Shown here one piece after another: positions 44,640 through 53,207 of a stretch of DNA of 64,000 nucleotides (position 1 is the first letter of the stretch; every line of letters begins with the position of its first letter). Source of the stretch: Clostridiales bacterium (lineage in GTDB: Bacteria > Bacillota > Clostridia > Christensenellales > CAG-138); assembly GCA_012838425.1 (NCBI GenBank), contig DUPG01000017.1, positions 32,343 to 96,342 of the forward strand, written 5' to 3'. Position numbers and translations under genes: made by a program. The notes beneath the pieces are model-generated. The model was not told the DNA's origin, did not search any database, and saw only the letters and a program-made list of their open reading frames with translations.

Positions 44640-45413
44640 ATGAAAGCATACAGGTTTATTATTGCTCTGCTTGTTTTAGTATGCCTAATCAGCGGCTGCG
44701 CTGTTGTAGGGGAGCCGCAGCCCACGCCCAGTGAAACTGCTAATAAAACCCCTTCACAGCTTGCTGACGATGCGATTGAGGGCTATATTGCTGAGAAAAG
44801 CCAAGAGGAAAAAGACCCTATTGTGTTGGAAGAAACAATAGTCATAGTTAATTCGGAAGGTGAATCAGTAGTATATGAGTATGAGAACGGAGAGCTTGTA
44901 GAATCTAATAAAGACGCGAGCGATTTTGAGAATTCCGAATATTATCAGGAAGTAGAGTCTGAGGACGGCGTAACAATACTTGTTCCCAAAGCCATATTAA
45001 AGGTAGAGTCGGTTACAGTAAAGCCGGGCGAGAAGTTTTCATTCTTGATTTCGATAGACAATTATCCTTTGTGGGACTGGGCGACTTTCGAGTTCTATAT
45101 CAATTATGACCCCGAAATAATCAGCATAAATGATATTGTTACCACTGAATACACGACTAATATGATATTACAGACGAACTTAGAATATACGCCCGCTTCC
45201 GCATATGTCGCGGCAATATCGATAGACGATTTTAACGAGCCCGAGGGCAATTTGGTTGAGGTGCGCTGCACAGCGTTAAAGACGGGTGAGGTCGAAATAA
45301 CGCTTGGTGAATTTATGATGTATAGGGTGGTTACGCTGCCTAATGGCACCGACATAAATTCCGAACCAATATTCTTGATTGCGGAATCAGGCAAAATAAC
45401 AGTTACTGAATAA
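44640..45413 (+). CDS. lipoprotein: degenerate copy of the module plus a cohesin-like C-terminal domain
   Basis: 257 aa with lipobox ISGC. N-terminal part reads ETIVIVNSEGESVVYEYENGELVE. The C-terminal ~135 aa (VTVKPGEKFSFLISID...FEFYINYDPEIISINDI...GNLVEVRCTALKTGEVEITL) follows the cohesin beta-sandwich pattern. Confidence 0.55.
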   Translation: MKAYRFIIALLVLVCLISGCAVVGEPQPTPSETANKTPSQLADDAIEGYIAEKSQEEKDPIVLEETIVIVNSEGESVVYEYENGELVESNKDASDFENSEYYQEVESEDGVTILVPKAILKVESVTVKPGEKFSFLISIDNYPLWDWATFEFYINYDPEIISINDIVTTEYTTNMILQTNLEYTPASAYVAAISIDDFNEPEGNLVEVRCTALKTGEVEITLGEFMMYRVVTLPNGTDINSEPIFLIAESGKITVTE

Positions 45414-45435
45414 GAAAATATAAATAAGCCTTCAC

Positions 45436-45465
45436 GCCGCGCGTAAGTGCGGCATTTCATTTTAT
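45436..45465 (+). terminator. weak putative terminator
   Basis: GCCGC/GCGGC stem followed by ATTTCATTTT. Confidence 0.35.
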
Positions 45466-45594
45466 GCAGTGTAATTTCATGCTGTGATAGCAACACAATA
45501 ACTCATTTTCCGGTTGAAAATTACTCCCTTCACTGATATACTTAAAAAGGTATGCCGATAGCATATACTCGCTTGAAAGGCTGGTGCGTAAGAA

Positions 45595-46626
45595 ATGCTT
45601 GAGAGAAACGGAAACATTAAGATTTTTGCAGGAAGCTCTGGCGAACGGTTTGCCCAAAGGATGTGCGCATATCTCGAAATAGAAATGGGTAAAACATTCT
45701 ATAAGAAGTTTTCAGACGGAAATATCTATGTAAGAGTAGAGGAGTCAATTCGCGATAAAGATGTCTATATTGTCCAACCCATAGCAAAGAATCCTAATGA
45801 CGAATTTACGGAGCTTTTGTTTTGGATTGACGCTTTCAAGCGTGCGAGCGCGAACTCCGTAACAGCTATTATACCGTATTTCGGCTATGCTAAGGGCGAT
45901 AAGAAGGACGAGCCGCGTGTGTCTATACGCGCAAGGGTATGCGCCGACTGCATAGAGTGCGTAGGTGTTGACCGCGTAGTTACAATGGATCTGCACAGTG
46001 CGCAGGTTCAGGGCTTCTTCTCAAAGCCTATGGATCACCTGTACGCCCGTTCAATGCTTTGCGAGTACGCCCGCAAGCTGGGCATAGTTGACGACGATTT
46101 GGTAGTGGTATCTCCCGACGCAGGCTTCGCGAAGAATGCGCGTATGTTTGCGAATGAGCTTAAATGTCCCGTTGCTATAGGCGATAAGATTCGTACCGAC
46201 CATAACGAAAAAGCGAAGGTGCTTGACATAATCGGTGAGGTTCGCGGCAAGAACTGCATAATCGTTGATGATTTCACTATTTCCGGCGGAACGCTTATAG
46301 ATGTTGCACATGGCTTGAAGGACAAGGGTGCTAAGGATGTTTATGCCTTCCTGTCCCACTGCGTATTAGACGCAAAGGGCGTTAAGAAGATTGAGGAGAG
46401 CCCGATACAGCTGTTGGTGTCAACGGATACGGTATATTGCCCCGAGGCAGAGGCTTCCGAGCAGATACACATAATTTCTGCGGCTCCTCAGTTTGCAAAA
46501 GCGGTGAAGCTGATACACGACAGACATTCTATAAGTCAGGTATTCTCCGATACGGATTACAGGCTTATAAATATGAGCTTCAATCCCTCAGCATTGGATA
46601 TTGAATTCAAGACATTGGGGCTGTAA
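45595..46626 (+). CDS. prs: ribose-phosphate diphosphokinase
   Basis: 343 aa. KKFSDGN, DLHSAQVQGFF and the PRPP-binding loop IIVDDFTISGGT. Confidence 0.9.
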   Translation: MLERNGNIKIFAGSSGERFAQRMCAYLEIEMGKTFYKKFSDGNIYVRVEESIRDKDVYIVQPIAKNPNDEFTELLFWIDAFKRASANSVTAIIPYFGYAKGDKKDEPRVSIRARVCADCIECVGVDRVVTMDLHSAQVQGFFSKPMDHLYARSMLCEYARKLGIVDDDLVVVSPDAGFAKNARMFANELKCPVAIGDKIRTDHNEKAKVLDIIGEVRGKNCIIVDDFTISGGTLIDVAHGLKDKGAKDVYAFLSHCVLDAKGVKKIEESPIQLLVSTDTVYCPEAEASEQIHIISAAPQFAKAVKLIHDRHSISQVFSDTDYRLINMSFNPSALDIEFKTLGL

Positions 46627-46698
46627 GCGTTTGCAAAACAGTGTAAAATATTATAATATCCTATTAAACTTTCGGCTTAGCCGCAACAAGAGGTAATT

Positions 46699-47448
46699 AT
46701 GGGCAAAAAAACTGACAAAGCAGGCGCGAAGCCTAAAAAAAGGAATAAGGGATTAGACAGAAAAACCGTCATAATGCTGATAGTATTCGGCATTGCCGCA
46801 ATAGGCATTGCGTTTTTATCGATATTGGGGCTGAAATCCAGCCTTCTCATACCGCAGAGGAAGGACGGATCAAGAATTGATGCCGAAGCTATGAGAGCTA
46901 CCCCCATAGTAGTACGCTCAAGGGAAGGCGCTACCGCATTGCACGAGGATATGCGCTTCACTCCCATAGGCAATATGGTGTATGACCAAGAGAAAAGCTC
47001 TCAAAGCAGCTCTGTGTACTATACCAATATTGAAACCGGTGCTTCTATGAATATCATAATAAAGGAAGAAGCACAAGCCTACAAGCAGCTGCTTGAGTTT
47101 ACCGAATATGCCGAAGAAAAAGGCACCAACTCCCCTATCGAAATAGTGCGTCAGGCGTTTGCTGAGGATCTTAGCAAGGTAACAGTGTTCTCAAAATTCT
47201 CTGAGGTAAAGCGCGCAGGGCAAATAAGGCAGATTTGCGGCTTGTATGTAGCTTCAAACGATTTCAGCTTTGCAGAGATAAACGGCGACCTGTACGGTGT
47301 TATCACATACAAAGCGCCTTACGCTTACGGAATAGATTTAGTGCATAACGGCAAGCTATACACAATAAATTTCAAGGGAACGGATATTGAGCCTATCACA
47401 TTAGATATGATAATCACATTCTTGCAGTCCATTAGGTTCGAAGGTTAA
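46699..47448 (+). CDS. hypothetical membrane-anchored protein
   Basis: 249 aa. Basic N-terminus and one TM. No domain recognised. Confidence 0.4.
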   Translation: MGKKTDKAGAKPKKRNKGLDRKTVIMLIVFGIAAIGIAFLSILGLKSSLLIPQRKDGSRIDAEAMRATPIVVRSREGATALHEDMRFTPIGNMVYDQEKSSQSSSVYYTNIETGASMNIIIKEEAQAYKQLLEFTEYAEEKGTNSPIEIVRQAFAEDLSKVTVFSKFSEVKRAGQIRQICGLYVASNDFSFAEINGDLYGVITYKAPYAYGIDLVHNGKLYTINFKGTDIEPITLDMIITFLQSIRFEG

Positions 47449-47457
47449 TTGATTATA

Positions 47458-47487
47458 AGCCCGGCTTATTAGCAGGGCTTTTTTTGT
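47458..47487 (+). terminator. rho-independent terminator
   Basis: AGCCC...GGGCT stem followed by T7. Confidence 0.55.
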
Positions 47488-47511
47488 ATATCACATCATA
47501 TAGGAGGTAAT

Positions 47512-48681
47512 ATGAAATACTGCACTTATTGTGGGAGTGAAGTCAGCGACGAAAAAAGGTATTGCGAAAAATGCTGCTGTGTAAGCTTTACGCACGAGCC
47601 TTTAGCAGAGCCCGAGCAGCCTGACAGAGCTGCCGCTTCAAGCTTTGAGCCAAAGCGTTATGACATCGATGTAACGGGCGAGAGCGCAAGCTTTATTGTA
47701 AACAAGCTGCAAAAAAACAAATTGAAGAAGTTAAACATCAGCTTAGTGGCTATACTTGTTGTAGTTGCTGCTATTGTTGGCTTTGCGATAGTTAAGCTGA
47801 ATGAGGACAAACCCGAACCCGCAGATTTTATACCTACAGCAACTACCACTCTTACTTATTCAAAAATAACTGTTTACGAGCTGGTTCCATATGCTGAGAA
47901 TGACGATGGCGAAGTGCTTGCTTTTTGCGATATTCAAGGATATGCAGGGCTTGTAAAAATATCCAAGAAGCATTCGGATTATGATAAGCTGATAAAAGGA
48001 AGCGGAACACCTGTTACGCTGATAGGGCTTCCCCAAAAGCTGTCGGAAGAAATTATTGAATTCATGATAGAGGACTTTGAAGATATAAACAGCAAAGCAG
48101 ATGCTTACAATGCAATAGGAGAGTATTATTTTGATACTACAAGCAGTCACGAAGAGGATGTAATTGTCATCGCAGTCTTCTTGATTAGTTTAATTGTAAT
48201 GATGTATGTAGTAATCGCATATAGTGTATATCCCAAAAATGCGGTAAAAAGCGTTAAACGCCTGATTAAAACGAATTCCGTCGAATACGCGAATGATGTG
48301 CTTAACGGCTTTGTCGAGGTTGACCCCGTTTCGCGCTTGGCATTCACAGATAAGTTCTTATATGATGAAAAAACGGGAGCAATACTCCGTTATGAAGACA
48401 TAGCTTGGGCGTATAAAAAGGTAACCACACATTCTGTGTACTATGTAATAAAGGTAGGCGAAACGGAGGAGGTCATTATAGCCACAAAGGATAACAAGCG
48501 GTATTCATTCCCCCTTAGGAATTGGAAAAGGGCAGGTATGCACGATTCATACGGCCGTCATATAGAGTCTGCAATATTCAGCGATGTCCAAAGGCATTGT
48601 CCTGACGCGCTGATAGGCTATTCAGAAAACAACAAGAGCCTATATAAGATAAAAGTCCGGCAGGAAAAGCTGAGTATGTAA
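47512..48681 (+). CDS. zinc-ribbon membrane protein with a C-terminal PH-like segment
   Basis: 389 aa. MKYCTYCGSEV...CEKCC, two TM regions and a C-terminal region (RYEDIAWAYKK) resembling bacterial PH-like domains. Confidence 0.45.
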   Translation: MKYCTYCGSEVSDEKRYCEKCCCVSFTHEPLAEPEQPDRAAASSFEPKRYDIDVTGESASFIVNKLQKNKLKKLNISLVAILVVVAAIVGFAIVKLNEDKPEPADFIPTATTTLTYSKITVYELVPYAENDDGEVLAFCDIQGYAGLVKISKKHSDYDKLIKGSGTPVTLIGLPQKLSEEIIEFMIEDFEDINSKADAYNAIGEYYFDTTSSHEEDVIVIAVFLISLIVMMYVVIAYSVYPKNAVKSVKRLIKTNSVEYANDVLNGFVEVDPVSRLAFTDKFLYDEKTGAILRYEDIAWAYKKVTTHSVYYVIKVGETEEVIIATKDNKRYSFPLRNWKRAGMHDSYGRHIESAIFSDVQRHCPDALIGYSENNKSLYKIKVRQEKLSM

Positions 48682-48689
48682 CAGATTAT

Positions 48690-48713
48690 GGGGGCAGTCA
48701 GGGTATTGCCCCC
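48690..48713. terminator. putative bidirectional terminator
   Basis: GGGGGCA-GTCAGGGTAT-TGCCCCC. Confidence 0.5.
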
Positions 48714-48716
48714 TTA

Positions 48717-49004
48717 CTATATGTCTTTCACCTCTACCAGTATACAGTCCTCACCTATCTTTGTGATTTTGCAGAAGGGTATAACCAATTCCTCGTCGCT
48801 CCTAAGCAGTCCGAAAAAACGGCATGGACCGGGAACAATAATGGCTTCAATCCTGCCGGATTTCTCGTCAATCTCTAAATCACATATATTGCCAAGCTTT
48901 GAGCCGTCGCAAAGGTTCACAACCTCCTTGCATTTTAGCTCACAGAAAGTCATCATAGCTTTTTCGTCCTCTCTCACAAGTTCTACTATATTATGCTCGC
49001 TCAT
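48717..49004 (-). CDS. YlmC/YmxH-family sporulation protein (PRC barrel)
   Basis: Core reads FCELKCKEVVNLCDGSKLGNICDLEIDEKSGRIEAIIVPG. The true start is probably the internal MM at about 48956. Confidence 0.75.
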   Translation of the reverse strand: MSEHNIVELVREDEKAMMTFCELKCKEVVNLCDGSKLGNICDLEIDEKSGRIEAIIVPGPCRFFGLLRSDEELVIPFCKITKIGEDCILVEVKDI

Positions 49005-49067
49005 ACTAATTCTGATTGATTTTTTTTCATACAGCCTATATTATTGATATTGCTCAGGTGGAAAAAT

Positions 49068-49520
49068 ATGCGGATATTAAAGTATGAAAACTATATGGAC
49101 TTGGCGTTGCAGCAGGCGAAAATCGCTTATGAATTAGGCGAAATACCTGTGGGCGCCGTAATCGTTTATGAGGGCGAGGTCATAGCAAGCGCGCATAACG
49201 AAATAGAGTCGCAAAAAAAAGCAAGCGCGCATGCGGAACTGTTGGCGCTCGACATGGCATCTTATAGGCTGAATTCGCGCGTGCTTGATAAATGTACGCT
49301 TTTCTCAACATTAGAGCCTTGCGGAATGTGCGCAGGGGCAATAGCGAATTACCGTGTAAAAACATTGGTTTTCGGCGCGTACGACACGCGTTTTGGCTGT
49401 TGCTTTTCAAGAATGAATCTCATAAAGCTGATGCGCGCTAACACTTGGGTCATAGGCGGCATTCGCGAAAAAGAGTGCGCAGAACTGCTCAATTCGTTTT
49501 TCAGTGAGCTTAGGAAGTAG
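49068..49520 (+). CDS. tadA: tRNA adenosine(34) deaminase
   Basis: HAELLAL and PCGMCAGA zinc motifs. Start taken at MRILKYENYMDLAL (GGTGGA RBS). Confidence 0.85.
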   Translation: MRILKYENYMDLALQQAKIAYELGEIPVGAVIVYEGEVIASAHNEIESQKKASAHAELLALDMASYRLNSRVLDKCTLFSTLEPCGMCAGAIANYRVKTLVFGAYDTRFGCCFSRMNLIKLMRANTWVIGGIREKECAELLNSFFSELRK

Positions 49521-49573
49521 TTTGCCAAGTATGAGTGCTTGGTATATAATAATCGTAAAAATAGGGGGAGCAT

Positions 49574-50134
49574 ATGTATTTTGAAGTAAACGAAATACCC
49601 CGAACCGAAAAGCAGGATTTTACCGCAATAATAATAGCGGTTGCATTGATAATAGTTGTAGAGATTGCCGCTGTTGTGCTGTCGCGCGTTATGCCCGTAA
49701 TCAGCATGATTGTTCAGGCGGTAATAGTGTTTGGCATAGTATTTATTGCGATACGGTTTTACAAAACAAGGCTGAAATCATATAGATACAGCTTTTTTAC
49801 AGGCGAGGAGCTGACCAAGGAGCAGGAGCAGGAAGCAGCCCTTGCTTTTGGTGTAAGCGTTGAAAAGCTAAAGGAGATAATTAGCGCATACCCTAAAAAT
49901 TCGCTGGTTATTGAAAGCGTGCTTGGTGGCGTGTCTAACATAATTTGCGAAATAGCTCCTGATGAATACAAGGGCTTGTTCGATGCGGACTACAAGTGCA
50001 ATAATACGCTCATAGCCACAGTTACTCCGAATACTGCTAAGAAGTTGGTATATGGGGACAACGCGTGTGTGAGCATTTCCCCAAGCGAGAGGTTAGAACG
50101 CTTGATAATCGATGCTATTGACGCGGAAGGCTAA
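49574..50134 (+). CDS. hypothetical membrane protein
   Basis: 186 aa with two TMs and a GGGGGAG RBS. Confidence 0.4.
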   Translation: MYFEVNEIPRTEKQDFTAIIIAVALIIVVEIAAVVLSRVMPVISMIVQAVIVFGIVFIAIRFYKTRLKSYRYSFFTGEELTKEQEQEAALAFGVSVEKLKEIISAYPKNSLVIESVLGGVSNIICEIAPDEYKGLFDADYKCNNTLIATVTPNTAKKLVYGDNACVSISPSERLERLIIDAIDAEG

Positions 50135-50137
50135 GAA

Positions 50138-50338
50138 ATGATAGACTGTTTTGGTTTGAACGACAGGGTAATTCTTAAAAAGAAGCACGCCTGCGGGGCA
50201 AACGAATGGAGGATTATACGCACAGGCTGCGATATTAAGATTAAGTGCTTAAAATGCAGCCGTATAGTTATGCTTGACAGGCAGGAATTCATTAAATCAG
50301 CCAAAAAAATAATTGTCGAGGAGCAAAAAGAGGAATAG
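50138..50338 (+). CDS. DUF951 domain-containing protein
   Basis: 66 aa. KKKHACGANEWRIIRTGCDIKIKCLKCSR pattern (4-Cys). Confidence 0.65.
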   Translation: MIDCFGLNDRVILKKKHACGANEWRIIRTGCDIKIKCLKCSRIVMLDRQEFIKSAKKIIVEEQKEE

Positions 50339-50340
50339 CT

Positions 50341-50949
50341 ATGCTTAAAGGTATAAAACGAATGAGAATGAAATCAACACTCTCCGCCGCTGCTATGGCG
50401 AAGCATAAAGACGAAAAAGCCTACAAAATCGCCGATTATACCGACTTTATAATCACGCTGCTCATGGTGATTATTGCGGTGTTCGCGCTTAGAATGTTCA
50501 TATTTGAGCCTATACGGGTCGATGGGCAGTCTATGGAGGATACGCTTCTTGACCGTGAGAATATGCTGGTCGAAAAGGTTTCGTATTGGTTTTCAGAGCC
50601 CAAGCGCGGCGACATTGTTATATGCTACTTCCCTTACAGCCCCTTCATTGATGATCCCGACGATACTTATGTGAAGCGCGTAATAGGCTTGCCCGGCGAA
50701 ACAATTTCTATTAAGGACGGAAAGGTCTATATAAACGGCGAGGAATTAGATGAAAGTCCCTATTGGGAGGGCTATATAAAAAGAGATTTTGAGGACTATA
50801 CAATACCTGAGGGCGAAGTATTCGTAATGGGTGATAACCGAAACAACAGCGGCGACAGCCGAATTGTAGGCTCAATTCCTATAAAGAGGATTGTCGGGCG
50901 CGTATTGGGAGTAATTTCGCCTATAAAGCGTATTCGCGAGGTTAATTAA
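50341..50949 (+). CDS. lepB: signal peptidase I
   Basis: GQSMEDTL (catalytic Ser), KRVIGLPGE (Lys) and GDNRNNSGDSR. Confidence 0.85.
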   Translation: MLKGIKRMRMKSTLSAAAMAKHKDEKAYKIADYTDFIITLLMVIIAVFALRMFIFEPIRVDGQSMEDTLLDRENMLVEKVSYWFSEPKRGDIVICYFPYSPFIDDPDDTYVKRVIGLPGETISIKDGKVYINGEELDESPYWEGYIKRDFEDYTIPEGEVFVMGDNRNNSGDSRIVGSIPIKRIVGRVLGVISPIKRIREVN

Positions 50950-50950
50950 A

Positions 50951-51979
50951 ATGCGCAGCTATGCAAAAGATAAAAGGCTGATGTTGATTTCCACAGGGGG
51001 AACAATTGCCTGCGTACCCACAGAGCAGGGGCTTGCTCCGGGGTTGAGCGCTAAGGAAATGCTTAAAACAATAAATGCTGATTTGTCTGAAATAGATTGC
51101 ATAGACCTGTTCAGCATGGATTCATCGAACATTCAGCCTGAGGAATGGCAGATAATAGCCAACGAAATATTGAAGTGCATAAATTCAAATAGCTATGCTG
51201 GAATAGTCGTAACGCATGGAACCGATACAATGGCTTATACGGCTTCCATGCTTTCATTTTTATTGCGCTGCACGAATATACCCATTGTGCTCACAGGCGC
51301 ACAGCTACCGATAATAAATGAGGACTCCGACGGCAGAGTGAACCTGCGCGACTCAATAATAGCCGCAAAAGCATTAACACCGGGTGTGTATATCTGCTTT
51401 GGCTCAGATGTGATATTAGGGTGCAGGGCAGTAAAAACGCGTACTGTTTCGTATAACGCGTTCGAATCGATAAATTATCCTAAAATCGCCGAAATTAAGC
51501 ATGGCGAAATTGAATATATCAGCGAATATAGTATAAACAGCAAGGGCGAAATTTCAGCTCTTAGCGCAATAAATCCGAATGTCGCGCTTATTAAGCTGAT
51601 ACCGGGGCTAAGTGCGGATTTCATAAAAGGTGTGCTGTCCGCCAACATTGAGGGCATTGTAGTCGAGGGCTTTGGCTTGGGGGGCGTGCATAACATAAGG
51701 CGCGACCATAACGAAGCCTTAGAATACCTGATGAAGAATGGCGTGTGCGTTGTGCTTACCTCGCAATGCCTGTATGAAACCTCTGCGCTTGATGTATATG
51801 CTGTAAGCAGGCGGCTTCTCAACGCAGGCGCAATATCCGCGCATGATATGACGACAGAAGCGGCGGTTACCAAGCTTATGTGGGCATTGGGAGCGGCTGA
51901 GGGCTTGCAGAAGTATGATAAAATCAAGCGTGTTGAGGAAATATTTGCATCAAATTATTGCGGTGAAATAACATTGTAA
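50951..51979 (+). CDS. ansA: type I L-asparaginase
   Basis: ISTGGTIA and HGTDTMAYTA signatures. 342 aa. Confidence 0.85.
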   Translation: MRSYAKDKRLMLISTGGTIACVPTEQGLAPGLSAKEMLKTINADLSEIDCIDLFSMDSSNIQPEEWQIIANEILKCINSNSYAGIVVTHGTDTMAYTASMLSFLLRCTNIPIVLTGAQLPIINEDSDGRVNLRDSIIAAKALTPGVYICFGSDVILGCRAVKTRTVSYNAFESINYPKIAEIKHGEIEYISEYSINSKGEISALSAINPNVALIKLIPGLSADFIKGVLSANIEGIVVEGFGLGGVHNIRRDHNEALEYLMKNGVCVVLTSQCLYETSALDVYAVSRRLLNAGAISAHDMTTEAAVTKLMWALGAAEGLQKYDKIKRVEEIFASNYCGEITL

Positions 51980-51990
51980 AGGGGAATACA

Positions 51991-53199
51991 GTGATAAGGG
52001 TAATTATAATAGGCGCAAGCGGTTATATGGGGCGTGCGGTAGCAACCGCAGTTGAGAATAACTCAAATGATTTTACGGTAGTCGCGGGCGTTTCGCCAAG
52101 CGGGAGAGGCAGCTTTGCTTTCCCGGTATATAAGAGCATAAGCGAAGTAACCGAGCCGGCAGACGCTATAATAGACTTCTCACGCCCGAAAGCCATTTAC
52201 GATTGCTTACCCTACTGCAAGGAAAAGAAAATCCCCTATATAATCGGCACAACGGGTCTTTCCGAAGATGATATGCGCTTCATAGATTCATACGCAAACA
52301 GTGTTCCTATATTCATTTCGGGCAATATGTCTTTGGGCGTTAATCTGCAGCTGCAATTAGTTAAGTCCGCAGCGGCTGCATTGGGCGTAGCATTTGAGCC
52401 TGAAATAGTCGAGAAGCATCATCACTTTAAGGTTGACGCTCCGAGCGGCACAGCGCTTATGCTGGCAGATGCCATAAGCTCAAAATCCCCCGAAGGCAAG
52501 AAGTACACCTTCGGCAGATACACAAAGACAGAGCGCAGAAAGCAAAACGAGTTAGGTATTCACTCCGTGCGCGGCGGAACAATAGTGGGAGAGCACGAGG
52601 TATATTTCATAGGTACAGACGAGATAGTCGAAATCAGCCACAGGGCATACTCAAAGCAGATTTTTGCGTTGGGTGCATTGCGTGCAACAAAGTTTATGAT
52701 GTCAATGCAGCCCGGTCTATACAGCATGCAGGATATAGTATTAGAAAACGAGGTATTGTCTAATCTGTATGTAACTGACGGGCAGGCGCTGATTGAGATT
52801 TCGTCGCTAAACGATACCAAAAACGGTATATGCGATGTGTTTACTGCATTGGCAGACGCATCAATATTCGTGGATATGATAAGTCAGGCAGGCTTGGGCA
52901 GAGTAAGCCTAACCGTAAGAAGCAAGCAGCTGTACGACGCGCTTTCAGCCCTTAACAGCCTAAAAGTAACCCATAAAAATATGAAGGTTGTAGAGTATGA
53001 CGATATTACGAAGCTGACAGTAGAGGGTGTAGGCATGGAAACGCGGCATGGAATAGCGGCGCAGGTGTTTGAGGTATTAAGCGCTTCGGGTATTGAGCCC
53101 TTGATAGTAACAACAAGCGAAACTAAAATTCAAGTGGGCATAAATTCAGAATTCGTATCCATAGCGGTAAACGCTATAGCGGAAAGGTTAGATCTTTAA
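51991..53199 (+). CDS. dapB: 4-hydroxy-tetrahydrodipicolinate reductase fused to two aspartokinase-type ACT domains
   Basis: 402 aa. GASGYMGR NAD(P)-binding motif and the EKHHHFKVDAPSGTA signature. The C-terminal ~145 aa resemble the aspartokinase regulatory region (TKLTVEGVGMETRHGIAAQVFEVLSASGIEPLIVTTSETKIQV). Confidence 0.8.
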   Translation: MIRVIIIGASGYMGRAVATAVENNSNDFTVVAGVSPSGRGSFAFPVYKSISEVTEPADAIIDFSRPKAIYDCLPYCKEKKIPYIIGTTGLSEDDMRFIDSYANSVPIFISGNMSLGVNLQLQLVKSAAAALGVAFEPEIVEKHHHFKVDAPSGTALMLADAISSKSPEGKKYTFGRYTKTERRKQNELGIHSVRGGTIVGEHEVYFIGTDEIVEISHRAYSKQIFALGALRATKFMMSMQPGLYSMQDIVLENEVLSNLYVTDGQALIEISSLNDTKNGICDVFTALADASIFVDMISQAGLGRVSLTVRSKQLYDALSALNSLKVTHKNMKVVEYDDITKLTVEGVGMETRHGIAAQVFEVLSASGIEPLIVTTSETKIQVGINSEFVSIAVNAIAERLDL

Positions 53200-53207
53200 T
53201 TAGCTTA

